Shown here piece by piece: positions 1-13,900 of a stretch of 64,000 bases of DNA; position 1 is the stretch's first letter, and every line of letters begins with the position of its first letter. The stretch is from NCBI GenBank assembly GCA_030265395.1, contig JARFYF010000112.1, forward strand, positions 74,914,798 to 74,978,797. The letters are read 5' to 3'. The notes beneath the pieces were generated by a model. The model was given only the letters and a program-made list of their open reading frames with translations. It was not told the origin of the DNA and did no database searches. Both the position numbers and the translations under genes were made by a program. The stretch comes from Rhina ancylostomus (taxonomy: Eukaryota).

Positions 1-490
1 CCATCATCTATACGGCACAAATCAGGAGCAGGATATAACATTTTCACTTGCCTGGATGAATGCAGCTCCAACAACTCAAAAAAAATCATCTGAGATAAAG
101 TAACCTGCTCACTCTAGTCATTAACTCCCTCCATCATCAGTGTACAGTGGCTTCAGTGTGTAACACCTACAAAATGCACTGAAGTTACCCACCCAGGTCC
201 TCCCAAACTTGTGACCTGCACCACCAAGAATAAAGGCAGCAGATGCTTAGGAACACCACCACCTGCAGGTTCCCTTCTATGTTGCACTGTCACTGACTTG
301 GAAATATATCCTTGCTTCTTCTTTATCACTGAGACTGAATCCTGGAATTCCCTACCCAATACCACTATTGTAGCTTCACCAGGATTGCAGTAATTTAAGA
401 AGGTAATTTACCACTGCCTTCAAGGGTAATTGGGGATTAGTTATATATGCTGGCATTGCCAGTGACAATCATCCTTAAGAAAAAAATAAA
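1..490 (+). mobile_element. Degenerate 3' end of a CR1/L2-group LINE
   Basis: RT C-terminal-like sequence (ttgcctggatgaatgcagctccaacaac) and a 3' tail (caagggtaattggggat...tgctggcattgccagtgac) ending in an A-rich tract; the same family recurs elsewhere in the window. Confidence 0.7.
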
Positions 491-1099
491 GTTACAAAAT
501 TATTATTAGTCATCAAAAGCAGACCCTGGCAGTAGGAACAATGTAGGAAAAATAGACTAGAAAGCAGAAAGAGCAAGAAAACCTAAGTAAAAATAGATTG
601 GGGAGAAGATTGATTTATTGTGTATCAACCATACTTTCCAGACACAGAATTGAAGGTTAAAGAGTAAAAAAAAATCTTAAATGTATTCAGGTTGGTCTTT
701 GTAACATTTGCTTGAGAAGCATGCATTCCACTAGATGATAGTAGAGAATTAAAAAGTACGAGAACCATTTGCTCTATAGGAACATGTCAATTAAATAACT
801 GGACTCAACATTGCTTTTAGGAAAACGGGAGAAATATCACAAATATTTACTTAATTGATTAAATAATTCAATTTTTTTTTCAAAAAAAATTATTTACCGT
901 CCTCGCCTAAAAAAGTAAGTCGTGCAACTGCAAAACTAATAATTTATTTGTATTTGGTTAAATCTTAACGTTCGAATGGTGTAACTCTCAACAATTTAAA
1001 ATAATTCAAGAGAAATAATTTGTTTTGGTCATTTTTCTTTGTTTTTGCAATGTTAGCTACATCTTCAACAGAATAAAACTCGCCGAATGACATTTTAAA

Positions 1100-1380
1100 A
1101 TCTCCGCCCGCCTTCAGCATAACGAAGGATCCAAGCACATGCCACCCTTCGCCTCAGACTAAAGTGATGGAGCTAGGCCTAAAGTCTGTGTGACAGCGGC
1201 CCTGACCAATAATATTCCAAGCCACTGGCATCTTGCCTTTGTGACATCACAGATGTTCTTTGATCATCCAATAGAGTTACCCAATCCACAAGCGAGAGGC
1301 GGGAAAACACAAATCTCATTTTTAAAGTTAGGTTGAGGCGAATGATTTTTTTTCCCAGTGTCCTCTGCTCGCGCTCTTCG
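1100..1380 (+). promoter_or_regulatory. CpG-island promoter of NONO (CCAAT boxes, GC box, E2F-like site, no clear TATA)
   Basis: CpG-rich stretch at about 1080-2200 in an otherwise CpG-depleted window. CCAAT at 1206-1210, 1268-1272 and 1281-1285; CCGCCC near 1104; GCGGGAAA (E2F-type) at 1299-1306; TGACATCA at 1242-1249. Confidence 0.75.
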
Positions 1381-1424
1381 CGGCTTTCCTTCGTTCGTCA
1401 GAAGCGCAGTGGCCTGTAATCGAG
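1365..1424 (+). other. NONO: Non-coding first exon (5' UTR) of NONO; start position approximate
   Basis: Pyrimidine- and CpG-rich segment ending in the donor CGAG|GTAAAA at 1424/1425. Acceptors downstream at TTTTCAG (1593) and CTCCAG (1630), the latter just before the ATG at 1635. Confidence 0.6.
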
Positions 1425-1634
1425 GTAAAAAAAAATCAAATTACACAAAAATCACGCTCTGTTAAAATCTACATCGTTTCGTTAACTACCGGGTGCACAA
1501 AAATACTTAAAATCTGAAGCAAACTACTTCAAAATTCGACGCCCAGAACAATTGAGCGGGTGGCGGGATTTTTTGTTTCCGTTAAATTTTCAGGCTCGGG
1601 TTTTCTTTTTGTCCCTTCTCGAATCTCCAGAATC

Positions 1635-1985
1635 ATGCAAGATCACATCCAGAAATCCGGTGGGAGGAACCGCTCCGACAACACCAGCCCCCGCAAGAGG
1701 GAATACCGTCAAGAGCAAGGCTCGGGGCCCGGCGCCGCCAACAACCACCATCACCAGCAGGCCTCCAGACATGGCGAGCGGGCCGCCACCGGGCCCGGAA
1801 TCACCGTCGACATGACCAATTTCCGCAAGCCCGGCGAGAAGACCTATACACAGCGCTGCCGCCTCTTCGTCGGCAATCTGCCCAACGATGTGACCGACGA
1901 GGAGTTCAAGAAGATGTTCGAGAAGTACGGCGAGCCGTCCGAGATCTTCATCAACAAGGATAAAGGTTTCGGCTTCATCAGGCTG
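1635..1985 (+). CDS. NONO: NONO coding exon 1 (N-terminus and start of RRM1)
   Basis: MQDHIQ...[22 protein letters not shown]...KGFGFIRL; donor CTG|GTGAGT; phase 0. Confidence 0.93.
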
Positions 1986-4900
1986 GTGAGTGTGGCTGCC
2001 TCCGTCTTTGTTCTCGGCCCCTCCCCCCACGCACCATTTCATGCATTTAAAGCCTCTTTCCACCGACCTTTCGTATATAAACGAACACGGGAATACACGT
2101 TCAACGTAATTTTGAAACCGTGTGATATCTTTAAATATCACTTTTCCGCCCGTTAATTTGAAAACGCCGCATGCTATTACGTAAAGAGAAACGTGGGTTT
2201 TGTGTTAAAATCCTGACAGGCATGATAATTTTGATCAAGGGCGAAAAGCATATTTGGAGTTCTGATCGTCCAAACCAGTGTCTATTTTTTCTTACCAGAT
2301 GCCGGCAGTGACATGTATTTACTATTCTTTAACATTTTCTATTTTGTAACTAATAAATCTCTACCAATGGAATAAGAGACCTAGTTGGACATATGCAGAG
2401 AGCAATATCTTAATTCTTTAGTGGTGGTATTAGATGCTTCTTGTTAGAACAGTTTCCCAGAGTATGTCATTTTCAGTTCATGTTTACAAATATAGACATT
2501 GTTGGTTAAGAATGTAAGAATTAGTAGTTGTTGGACCTATTCTCCCATTTGTCAAGATTGTGGCTGATCTACCCAAGTATCATTTTCCTACACTGTCCCT
2601 ATATTCTGTGACTCCCTAAAATTCCAGAAATCTGTTTCTGCTATGAATGAACTTGATTTCTGAGCCTCCACAGATCTCTGCAGTAAAGCTTTCATGACCT
2701 TCCAAGTGAAGAAATCTGGCCTCATTAACTGTGCAAAATGATTTAAGTCCCAGGTGAAACGTCTACCCTGTCAAACCCTATGAGAATTTTATAACTTTCA
2801 GTAAGATGGCCTGTCATTCTTATGACTGGAGAATGCAGGCCTAGTCTGCTCAATCTCTCCTAATACTGCAAACCTGCTATCTCAGCAATTTTCATTGCAC
2901 CTCCTCCATGGCAAGTATAACTATTTTTAAATAAGGAGAATAGAATGGTATGCAATACTCCTGGTGTGCTCTCGCTGAGACTCTTTATATTTACAGAGAG
3001 GCACCTTTATTACAAGAGGATTAAGTACAAGAATAAAGGTCAATGTAACTTTTCATTCTAATTGCGCACTGCACTTGCATTTTAACATTGTGATTTTTGA
3101 CACAAACTGTTCAGTCCCTTTGAACATTTCCTTGGCCTCTCCATTTAAAACACTCAGCTTTTCTGTTTTATGTCTAGGAAATTAAAATGCAGCCCAATTC
3201 TGTCATTACACTGCATATTTTCCCACATGTGATTCTTCATAGTGATTAAGCAAGCATGGGTATGTTACCCTACAATTACCTACTACCCCATTTCAAAAAA
3301 GAATTGGAAGTTTTTTATTTCCCCCCCCCCCCCCCTGTGGTTTAGATTAACTAAATATTTCCACTACAGGCCACCCCTGTGTTTACAGGGTGGGGTGGGG
3401 GCTTGTGTTTCCTGAAAACTGTTCGTATTGTGATTTTTCTGAAACGCAGAGCCATGCCATCGCTCGTGCATCAAGAAATGCAAGTTGGAAAAAAATGTTA
3501 TTTACTTTTTTTCACAAATTCCATAAGACTGAATTTTATTGCTCATCATATTTGCAGGTCTTGACTTGTGAACTTTGTAAGGATGAATTTCTGATACTTG
3601 AATGGCTGTGATATGGAGGTCACCTATATAGGTAGTTTGTGATTTTTTTTCTTGTGTGTATATGCAACTGGTGAGGATTTTGAGTTAAAAATAAAACTAA
3701 AAACTGCAGATTTTGGAAGTCTTGACCTGAAACATTAGTTACGTTCCTTTTCCCACAGATGCAGCCTAACCTGCTGAGTATTCCTAGGATTTTCTGTTTT
3801 TGTTAGGGATTCCCATTTGGCCCATGGCAATTCAACAAGAGCATATTGACCCAGTTGGTGAAGAAGGCATGTGGCACACGTGCCTGCATTGGACAGGGCA
3901 TTGAGTACAAGAGTTGGGGGTATCATGTTTCAGCTGTTTAGGGTGTTGGTGAGACTGCACCTGGAATATTGTGTGCAGTTCTGATTGCCATACAATGGGA
4001 AGGATGTGATTAAGTCAGAGAGGGTGCAGAAAAGATTCACAAGGATGTTGCTGGGACTGGAGGGCTTGACTTAGAAGGAGAGACTGGATAGGTTGGAGCA
4101 ATGGAGGCTGAGGGGTGACCTTGTAGACGTTTAAAATGATAAGGGGCATTGTCAAAGGTTTCTGCCCCCCCCCCCCCGGGTATTGGAGTCTAAAACTAGA
4201 AGGTATAGGTTTAATGTGAGAGGAATAAGATTTAATGGACACCTGAGAGGCAAGTTTTTCCACATAGGGTGGTGGTTATATGGAATGAGCTGCCAGTGGA
4301 GGTGGTAGAAGAAGGTACAATTATAACATTTAAAAGATGTTTGGTCAGGTACATGGATGGGAAAGGTTTAGAGTGATTTGGACCAAATGCAGGCAAATAG
4401 GACTAGCTTGGCATGGATGAGTTGGGCCGAAGGGCCTGCTTCCATGCAATATGACTCTCTGACTCCAGATTTTCATGTGATGAGATGTTCTCTCCTCATC
4501 TACCTTGTCAATTGGAATCGTCTGTTTCAATTAAGTCTCCTTTCTTTTAAATTTTGAGTGAATACAAGGCTAGCCTGTTCACCTTCTCCTTATAAGGCAA
4601 CCTGCTCATTCCAGATTTCAATCCAATAACCTTTGATGTGGTACCTTGTCAATGTCTTATGGCTTTTAAGTTCTTGTTTTATGTCCCCTTTCTGAATAAA
4701 TGGATTCCATTTGTTCTTTTCTAATCTGATAGAAACTTTCCCTGAATCTGGAATTGTGGAAAATTAAAATCAATGCAAGAACTATCTCGCTAGTTACTTT
4801 TTTTTTAAGACTTTGGGGTGAAATCATTGAGGCCATGTCAGCTTGCCGCTCCCACAACTTGCTCAGTACCACTTGATGAACGGTCTCGACCTGAAACATT

Positions 4901-7900
4901 GACTGTGCATGTCCCTCTGTATATGTTGCCTGACGTGCTGAGTTTCTCCAGCATTTTGTGTGTTGCTTTCTGATGATTGTCATTTTCCTGATTTTTTTTT
5001 CATCTGTCCCTTGCATTCTTGGTTGTTGTTTGTATTTTCTGTAGTGAAGATGTGCAAGTACTTGTTTGATTCTTCTGCAATTTTCTTGTCTTCCATTGAT
5101 TCCTCAGACTCAATTTCTGTAAGGGCCAATGCTCACTTTGCTAACTCTTTTCGAAATATGTATTAAGACTCTTGCTTTCTGTTTTATTTTTCTAGCTAGC
5201 TTTCCTTTGTGCTTTAATGATTGCTTTGGTTATTTTTTTTGTTATTTATATCTTTCCAATCTACCGCTGATACTGTTACGGACTAGGTTACTATTAGTGA
5301 AGGTCCCTTTAAGATAGTGTGTGTATGTGTGTGGCGTGCTTACGTCACAGAAGATAAAGAACGTCATGATGTTGTTGAAACAACCAGTCGGGGTCAGTCC
5401 GAAGGAGAGGGAGGAGAAAGAGACAGAAGAATGAGAGAGAGGGAGAGAGAGATCAGCCTGCTTGTTTTCTCTGTCGATGGATGAGAAACAATAACTGTGA
5501 CTGTCACTTCAATCCACATATGGATTGTTGNNNNNNNNNNNNNNNNNNNNNNNNNNNNNNNNNNNNNNNNNNNNNNNNNNNNNNNNNNNNNNNNNNNNNN
5601 NNNNNNNNNNNNNNNNNNNNNNNNNNNNNNCTTTTATTTTTCTTATTATCATAAGTAGTTATAAATAAAGTCGTTTTTACCACTTATACATGTCTTGGTG
5701 TGTTTCTGTCGTTGCTGGTACGTAACAATACTTTTTCTTTGAGCAATTCTATACTTTTTAAAAAAAAATTTAAGATGTCATGGCACTAGTTTTTCCCAGT
5801 TAAAATCCACAAACTGAAAATACTGCTTAATAATACAGCTGTTTTTATTTCTGTTTGAACTTCATAAATTTAACTTGCCACCTTCACCTATGTAATGACT
5901 TCAGGTGCAACAAATTATTCTTAATTCTAAATTTGGAGGTTTAGGCTACTAGAACAAGGTATGGGTTGCATTTTAAGTATTGTAACAGTAGATTGCCATG
6001 TGTTAAATTATTAATCGGTGGAAGACTGAACTTTTTATTACTTCATGTTTCACCGTTAGTTTGGTTTGTACCAGGGCCACTGCTCCAAACCTTATTGTAG
6101 CCTTGGTCCAGACATTGATAGAAATAATCAAGTGAGAGTAAGTGTCTCAGCATAGCATTTGTATGGCAAGATGGAGACTTGGTGAAGTTGAAGTCAAAGT
6201 GAATAGAGGATTGTCGGGGTAGCGGGGAGATGCTTTTTTTAAATTCTTATTCCCATTTCTGTGACTGCTTATTGGTGGTCAGGCAATGCACCACCTGGAT
6301 GTCATTGCAGGAGGTCTTCAAGCCAGTGTGAAATTAACCATCTCAGTTACTTGCCTCCATCATAAGGTTTAAAAAGGCTATTTGTTTATATGGTTAGACA
6401 TCATTGTTCCTTCGTTGTCAATAGGTTTTGGCGCTCTTGGAACTCAACACCCAAGAATGCTGTGATTGCTTTCATCATGTGGGCTATAGCCTTTTAAGAT
6501 AGCTGACCATGATCTTCATGAGGGTAATTTATGATGGACCGTAAATGCTGGCCTTGTCAGCAAGACCCACATCCCATGAATTATTAAAACAGTTGCCTTT
6601 TTAAAACGTATGCAGTGTTTTGGTTTTGACATTTTAACTTTGTGTCTATTGCTTGATGTAGATTAAGTAGAGTCCTTGATTGAAGAATCTTGAAGAGGTG
6701 AGGGAAAGAAAGTAATGCATTAGGTTGCCACTGTACCTGGTGTGGTCTTAAGGGGCTGGGTTCTGTGGTGTGAATCATATTCTATAAGTTAACATCTCTA
6801 TGATGATCAGGAATTTGTATATCAATGTGATATGGGAGGTTGTGCAACTTAAACCTTAGGTACTGTTTATAAAAAAAAATAGTACAGTAAATTGAGAATG
6901 ATTCTGAAGGCTATTTGAGGTGCATCCTAATCATCAATTTGCCAACAAACCTCTTAAGGTGTTAGGGTATTTGTTAAAGAGCTAAATTTTGGGGAACAGC
7001 TTAAAGGGGATCGGATTATGTGACAGAATTTGAGATGCGGAAGGTACTACTCTCTGACCGATGGTATTCCTCCACCTCATCAATCTCAGAAAATGATAAT
7101 CTGGTGATAGGATGGGATAAAACCATTGAGATGAAAACTAAAGATTTTTTGTGCTGGAGGTGGCATTGTTTGGGAGCTATAGGTGCGTTGGAGGTGGGGG
7201 TGGTTGGGGATGGATTTAAGGGATCAGAAGCTCTGCTCCGGTTCAACCAGAGTCATCATTGTGAGTGGTGAAGCAATTTTAAACTATTGGCAAAGGGAGG
7301 CATGGAGTCTGGCTGCATGTTGGAGTTAAAATAAAATATAAGGTATTCTTTGAGTTGCTCAACTGATGGTTCTAGCCTTCTTAACTACAAGTTTCAGATC
7401 TACATCTATCACTGGATGTTGGAAATGGAAGTGATTGAACTTGAGGATGTGGAATGGTTGAGAGAGGTACTGGTGAGTTAGAGCTGAATATTATTGGTGT
7501 TTCTATAGAATCTGATGTTTTCAGTTGAAAACATCCTGGTAGTATCAATAGCTATACCATTATGAATAGCTGTACCTTGGAAAGTATGTTTTCACTTGTC
7601 AGTTAATTCATACCCAAACCCTGTGCCATTAGTGAGAAACTGATAGATGCAAAGGGTGATTAAGTTTCTTTTTATCTGTCACCATTATCTTTTACATAAC
7701 ATGTCATGTGGCTATGCAGACATGTTGCATCCTTTTCTGCTCACCTTTCCACCCAAGTTGTATCAGTAGAGAACAATGATCTATTGTGCACTGCTCTTTC
7801 ATCACATAGATACCCAATAGATGACAATATAATGCTGATTCCTTTCATGCCCTGCTGATAACAGCTTCCCAACCTGAAAACTATTTGTTTTGTTTTTACT

Positions 7901-10900
7901 GTTTTTGAAGATTATTTTCAGGGATAAAAGTCAATGTATGTTAATATATTACAGCAATTGTGTTTATCTTCATGTTATGAATAACCTTTTGCCTGTGATG
8001 TGGATGCTCAAAGAATCATTTGAACAAGTATATTACAGCGCTGTTTCTTTTCTCATCTATATTTGAATGATTGGGTCCTCAGAAACTCTTACTAGTTTTA
8101 TCATGAACATTTCCCTTAATCATAAACTGTTGTGACAGTTCTTGCCATTGCAGTTTTTCTTCATGCTCTTTTACCTTGCTCTTAACAATGGGTTTGGATA
8201 TTTTGGCGATAACTTGGATCCGTGTTCACTGGTCTGTAAGTTGTCTCTTATAAAGTAAGTGATATTACATTTGCCACTATCTATTTTACAGAGATTGTTG
8301 CAGAATTATAAGGAATTTCCTAATCTCTAAAAACACAGACATTTATCTTGAGTGCAGGTCCAGAATTGATAAGGCTCAACGCTACCAAGACATAATTTCC
8401 TCCCTTTACTATTCAAGAAAATTTACATTTTTCTCATAGTTACTATAATAATCTATGTGGGACAAGCTTTGTGCAAGATCAAAGAACTGGGTAAAAAGAG
8501 AACATGGTTTTATCTGAACAGGTGTTGGGCCAGGTGTCAACTAGTTCAATGTACTTTATTTTAACTTCCCATTCCTTCCCAACACCTTTTAAAGTTTTCT
8601 GCATTCTTCTGCTTGAGATGTAACAAAGTCCATGAATGTGGCATTTTGATTGGTTCTTTGTCCAGAATGACATTTTTATTGCTGAAAATTAAATCCTTTT
8701 TTGATGACAGGAAACCAGAACCCTGGCAGAAATTGCCAAGGCAGAACTTGATGATACTACACTGAGAGGGAGGCAGATAAGGATTCGATTTGCAACACAT
8801 GGTGCTGCTCTCACAGTGAAGAATCTTCCTCAGTTTGTATCAAATGAGTTATTGGATGAGGCATTTTCTATCTTTGGACCAGTGGAAAGAGCAGTGGTGA
8901 TCGTAGATGACCGTGGGAAACCAACTGGAAAAGGCATTGTAGAGTTTGCTGCAAAACCTGCTGCACGCAAAGCTCTGGACAGATGCACAGATGGTGCATT
9001 CTTGCTGACTGCGTAAGTAATGAATATCGAGCTTTACGTTGGGGATGAGTTTTAAGCAGGAATTCTGTAATTAACTTCTAATGTAATTTTGTCAATTCCA
9101 ACTCCATGATTTGTGAAGTCCATTGATGTATCTTTTAATGTGCAAGTGTTTAAAATTTCACCTGCTCTGGTGTGGAATTGATGCCTGTTTACACTAATTG
9201 TCTTGTTAGCTAATCTCAGTTAGTGTTGTAAACAGGTTTGTAAGCTTGGTTTGGGAGAGGAAAATGGATTTGATATCTTGTGTATGGATGATCTATTTAA
9301 AATTAGCTGCAAACAAAATGATAGTACGGTAGATTAGATGAACATTTATTTTAATTCTACCAGAGCTGTTTGCAGCAGATCAATTGCCATGCTTGATAAT
9401 TTATCTTTGTTTGACTGCCTTAAAAGTTGTCAAAAATTAGCTTTTGTCTGCAGTATGTATATGTATATCATTTGAGGTGGTCTTTTATTTTATTAGTATT
9501 GTCTTGATAGTATCAAACAAATTCCCACCTAATTTCAAAGACAGAGTGAAATTTCATTTTGCCTTTTCAAGTGTCCATGTTAAGTGGTATGGTTTATTTC
9601 CGAAGAGTTGAACTGAAAAGTTTGGGGTCCTTTTAAACCTGGGTAAGACCACACAGCACTGTGAATAGCCTTCATTTTGTCAAAAGGGTATAGAGGCAGT
9701 GGAGAAAATGCAGAGTAGACTTAAAAGGGTGATACTGAAGTTGGGAGGATATATACACAGTGGACAGGATGAACAAACTTTCTCACAATAAAGGCATTTA
9801 AAATTATGAAAGATCTTGATCAAGGAGTTACAGAAAGAAAGTTTCACTTGTGGAGAAGACTACATGTGGAGGCCATATATTCCCCATTTCCTTCACTATT
9901 TTAAAAGTGGTATTTTTCTTTGGGGGGGGGTGAGAGAGAGAATATGTTTTGTATTCATGGCTAGTGTAATGGGCTGATCATGCTGACTTCTGTGTTGAGC
10001 TGCTGAGTTCCTCCAGTATTTTGTTGTTCTTTCAAAATCTGAATAAAAGCCAGCATGAAAGTCTTGGATTTCATATAGAACTTGGAGCAGAATCCAGTCT
10101 TGCTGGGAGTCCCCTGTGTTGTCTTCATTGGATATTGTTGGACAAAGATTTAGGAGGAGGGGAAGGTGTTATATTTAATTGTAAAGTTTTTAAATGCCAA
10201 TGTTGGCTTAATTTTTGAAAAATGTAATCCAGGCACAGGGCATTGCTAATTGTCAGGGGAATTTCATGGATGGGTCCTGTTTACGGCAAGCTCAGCCTCC
10301 AAGTTATGGTCCTGGACTCAGATGTAGAGTTTCTTTTCCAGCCTGGATTAATGGGTAGCTGGACAAGGGACAGCTAGATCAGTTTTACTTAACTTTTTTG
10401 TTCTATAACCAAAAAAACTTTCCAAAAGTTCTACTTGGGTAGAGTTGTTAGAGCATAAAAGTTTTGTTTATTTGTCACAAGCTGAGAGTCTGCTGATATG
10501 AGTCGCTTGTTCCAATAATAAACATTTATCTCTTCTTGGAGAGGTAATGTCCATACAATTGAGGTAGATTGGCTATGGAAATAGTATTCTGTGTCCTCAC
10601 AAATGGATAGACTTTTCATATGGGATTCTTCAAGGAAAAGTACAAATGAAAATTAGGTTGTGTTTTTGTACATTATTACAAGATGATTTTTAACTTCCTC
10701 TGTTCTTTCCATTTTTTTGATCTTGTCACCTAAAGATTGAGAGGTGCAAAATATACCTCCTGTGCATTTCTTACTTCATATTTTGCATTTCATTTGGGCA
10801 TATGCAAATTGTCTTTCCAGTAGTAACCTATCCAGAAGTTGAACAATCAATTAAAATTTCCTGGAATGGTTCTGCCGAGCTGAGTCACAGGTTCACCTTA

Positions 10901-13900
10901 TATTGCTCCTTCTTTGAACTTGCATTCTGTGGACCACACTGGCTGCTGTAACCATAGGTGGCACTGGTGCTTTCAATATGCCACTAGTAACTTTTGGATC
11001 TGTCCTGCCATTGCATGCAAAGCATTTGCAGAAGTCTTTGAATTAAAATCAAACCATAGGAGCATAGATTAAGCAAACAGTTCTGAATATTTTGCATCCA
11101 TAATGAGGGTGGCAAGGGAGGGGGTAAAATGTTTCTAATTTAACAACTTTCACAAGCCAGGGAGCCAATTCCAACTGTGTTCCAAATTGAACTTCGTCAT
11201 ATGCCTTGTACTTCAGGACAACGGTTACTTTGTGTCTGATTTTGATTTGGGGAAAACTAACTAAAAATCTGCAATTGATAATTTGAAAATTTATCTTAAT
11301 TTCCCATTCCCAAAGTTGCATGAATGCTTTCCATATCAGAAATTTAGATATGTTTATAAAGTGGATAAATAAAAGGTAGTTTATGGTCACACACTCCATG
11401 TGGAAAATGAGAGATTGTGTGACGTTACTGAACAATGCACAAAATTTTCCTCCTTCCTTGCAGGAGGTCCTCAGGTTACATAACAGTTCCATTCATGAGA
11501 ATTGTTTATAAAATTAATTTTCTGTAAGTTTGAAACAAACAATTTCCCCTTAAAATCGTAATGTCAAATCTTTGGCTGTGGCAGCCTTTGGGAACTGATT
11601 TGCAAACAGTAGATTGGGGAAGGTCAGCATTGGGAATAGGAGTTGTTACCAGATGGTAAACTGTGACAGTTGTTTGTTGTATGGAGTGATGGGGTTGGGG
11701 AGAACTGATTCGCTAATCAGTCAGAAATTATCAGCGGTTTAATAAAAGGTGTCTGCGAATGAGAGATGGCTGGGGTTTTTTATAAATGTTTGATCTTGCC
11801 TGAAGGAGTTTGGAGAAGGCATTGGCTTTTCTTTGGGTGATCCCTGCATTGTTTCATTGTGAAGAGATTGGAGTACTGTACCTGAGAACAGAATCTGGGA
11901 GAGTTTGCATAAAGTCAGATTTTTTGTAAGTCAGATCCTCCATACCTGGGGACCACCATACTTCGTTTTCAATAGGTTCAGCAGAAATAATCTGATTGAA
12001 ATGACGAGTTGGAATGGAATTGGGTGAAAAACTATTTGATTGGGACATTTTATAAATTCAGAAATCAGTTCAATAGGATTGTTTCTCAGCTTGGTGTTTA
12101 TTATTTATAATAAAGCTAGCATCTTCAAGATTTGCTATCTTTATTCTCTTTTCCTTTTCCTAGGTTTCCAAGACCCGTGACTGTTGAACCATTTGATCAG
12201 TGTGATGATGAAGATGGCCTTCAAGAGAAACTGGTTCAGAAAAACCAACATTATCACAAGTAAGCGTTGAATGTAAATTGCTACCTCCCCATTTAAAATT
12301 CCTGTGTTTTAAAATTTTTAACTAGGACTTAAACAGTGTGTTTACGGATCTCTCTTGTCTTGGGCCTGCTTTTACAAAGCACACAGTGAAATATGTTTGG
12401 TTTAAATAAATTTTGCTTGGTTGAGTAACTTGGTGTGTAAAATAAGTTAGTGCATTTATTTTCTCATGAACTACTTGGGATTTCTACATGCTCCAGCCCA
12501 GCCATGTAAACACCAAATGAAATTGTGCTTGTTTACCCTTGGATTACATTTGTAGAAGTCCAATGGAATGGTTATGAGCTGGCACAAAAGGGGTAGAAAG
12601 AGAAAGTAGTTGAGGCAGGTACAATAACAACATTTAAAAGACATTTGGATAAGTAGGTGAATGGGAAAGGTTTAGAGGGTAATGGGCCAAATACGGGCAA
12701 ATGGGATGAGCTCAGGTAGGCACCTTAGTCAGCATGGATGAGTTGGGCCGAAGGGCCTGTGTTAATCTATGAATGGGGCTTGACTGGACCCATGTGGGAC
12801 TATTTCTTGAGGGCCAGGGGCCTAAGTGTTTCTACAGCCCCTCAATAAACATTTAAACTGTTTAAACTACACTGCCCCTCCTGCCCCACCACCATCCTAG
12901 AGCCATACATTTGCAAGAAGCCCCTAGCTGAAGGCCAATACTGCCACTGAAGCATGCGATCTTTCACAATTTCGTACTGATCTGAACGAATCAAGCAGTT
13001 GTCTACTGGGAAGTAAGTGAGATCTGGCCATAAAATTCAACCTGGTCCCACTCTCCAGGCTGCCGGTGGGGACAAAGGGTGACCACCTCTTCCCTCTCTT
13101 TTCAGATCTGTCTCACACACACGCCCCCCCACTCAGCAGACCTCAGGAGCTTCCAGGTCCTCCTGTAAAGTGCCACATGCACCAATGTTGAATAATTGCT
13201 TAGGGGCGAGCTCAGCAAGTGCTGCTGCCCCACAGCTCCAGAATTCCAGGTTCAATCCTGACCTCCGGTACTACCTGTGTGGAGTTAGCAGGTTCTTCCC
13301 CATAACTGCATGGGTTTCATTGGGGTGCTCCCGTTTCCTGCCCATCCCAAAGATATTCTTGTTTGGTAGTACAAAATGGAGATTGTTATATAGATGAGTG
13401 GTAAGAAAATCAGGATGCAGTTGAAGGGCATGTGAGAGAGAGAGAGAGAGTGGGTTGTAGGGAAATGGGGGGGGGGAGGAAATGGGATTGAATGGTTTTA
13501 TCCTGCAAGCTGGCAGTGACTCAAGGGCTGAATAGCCTCTTTCCATGCCTGAGTAATATGAAATAATCCTGAAAATGTCAGCTAGTTTACCAAAGATTCT
13601 TATTCGACATTTTCTTTCAAACACTTGGTTGCAACTTGTCAAGAATAGTAAAGACTTTCCTATGATTAGGTGACCAGAATCACAGATTGCTCTCTCAATA
13701 GGATCTCAGCCCAAGAATAACATTAGCTCCTAATTCTGCTTCCTGATGTTTCACAAGCTAGGTTGATATTGGTGGGGGCTGGGGATGGTTGGTGGAGGGG
13801 TAGCTAATGGCCCAGGGTCTGGTTATGTCAAACCTGCACTCCTTGTCCCACTTTCCAATTTTCTGCCATGTTCAGCAACCATTCCATAGCCCTCCTATGG

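Noticed and set aside
1590-2141. 183-aa minus-strand ORF
   Set aside because: Antisense shadow of the GC-rich first NONO coding exon; no recognisable protein features.
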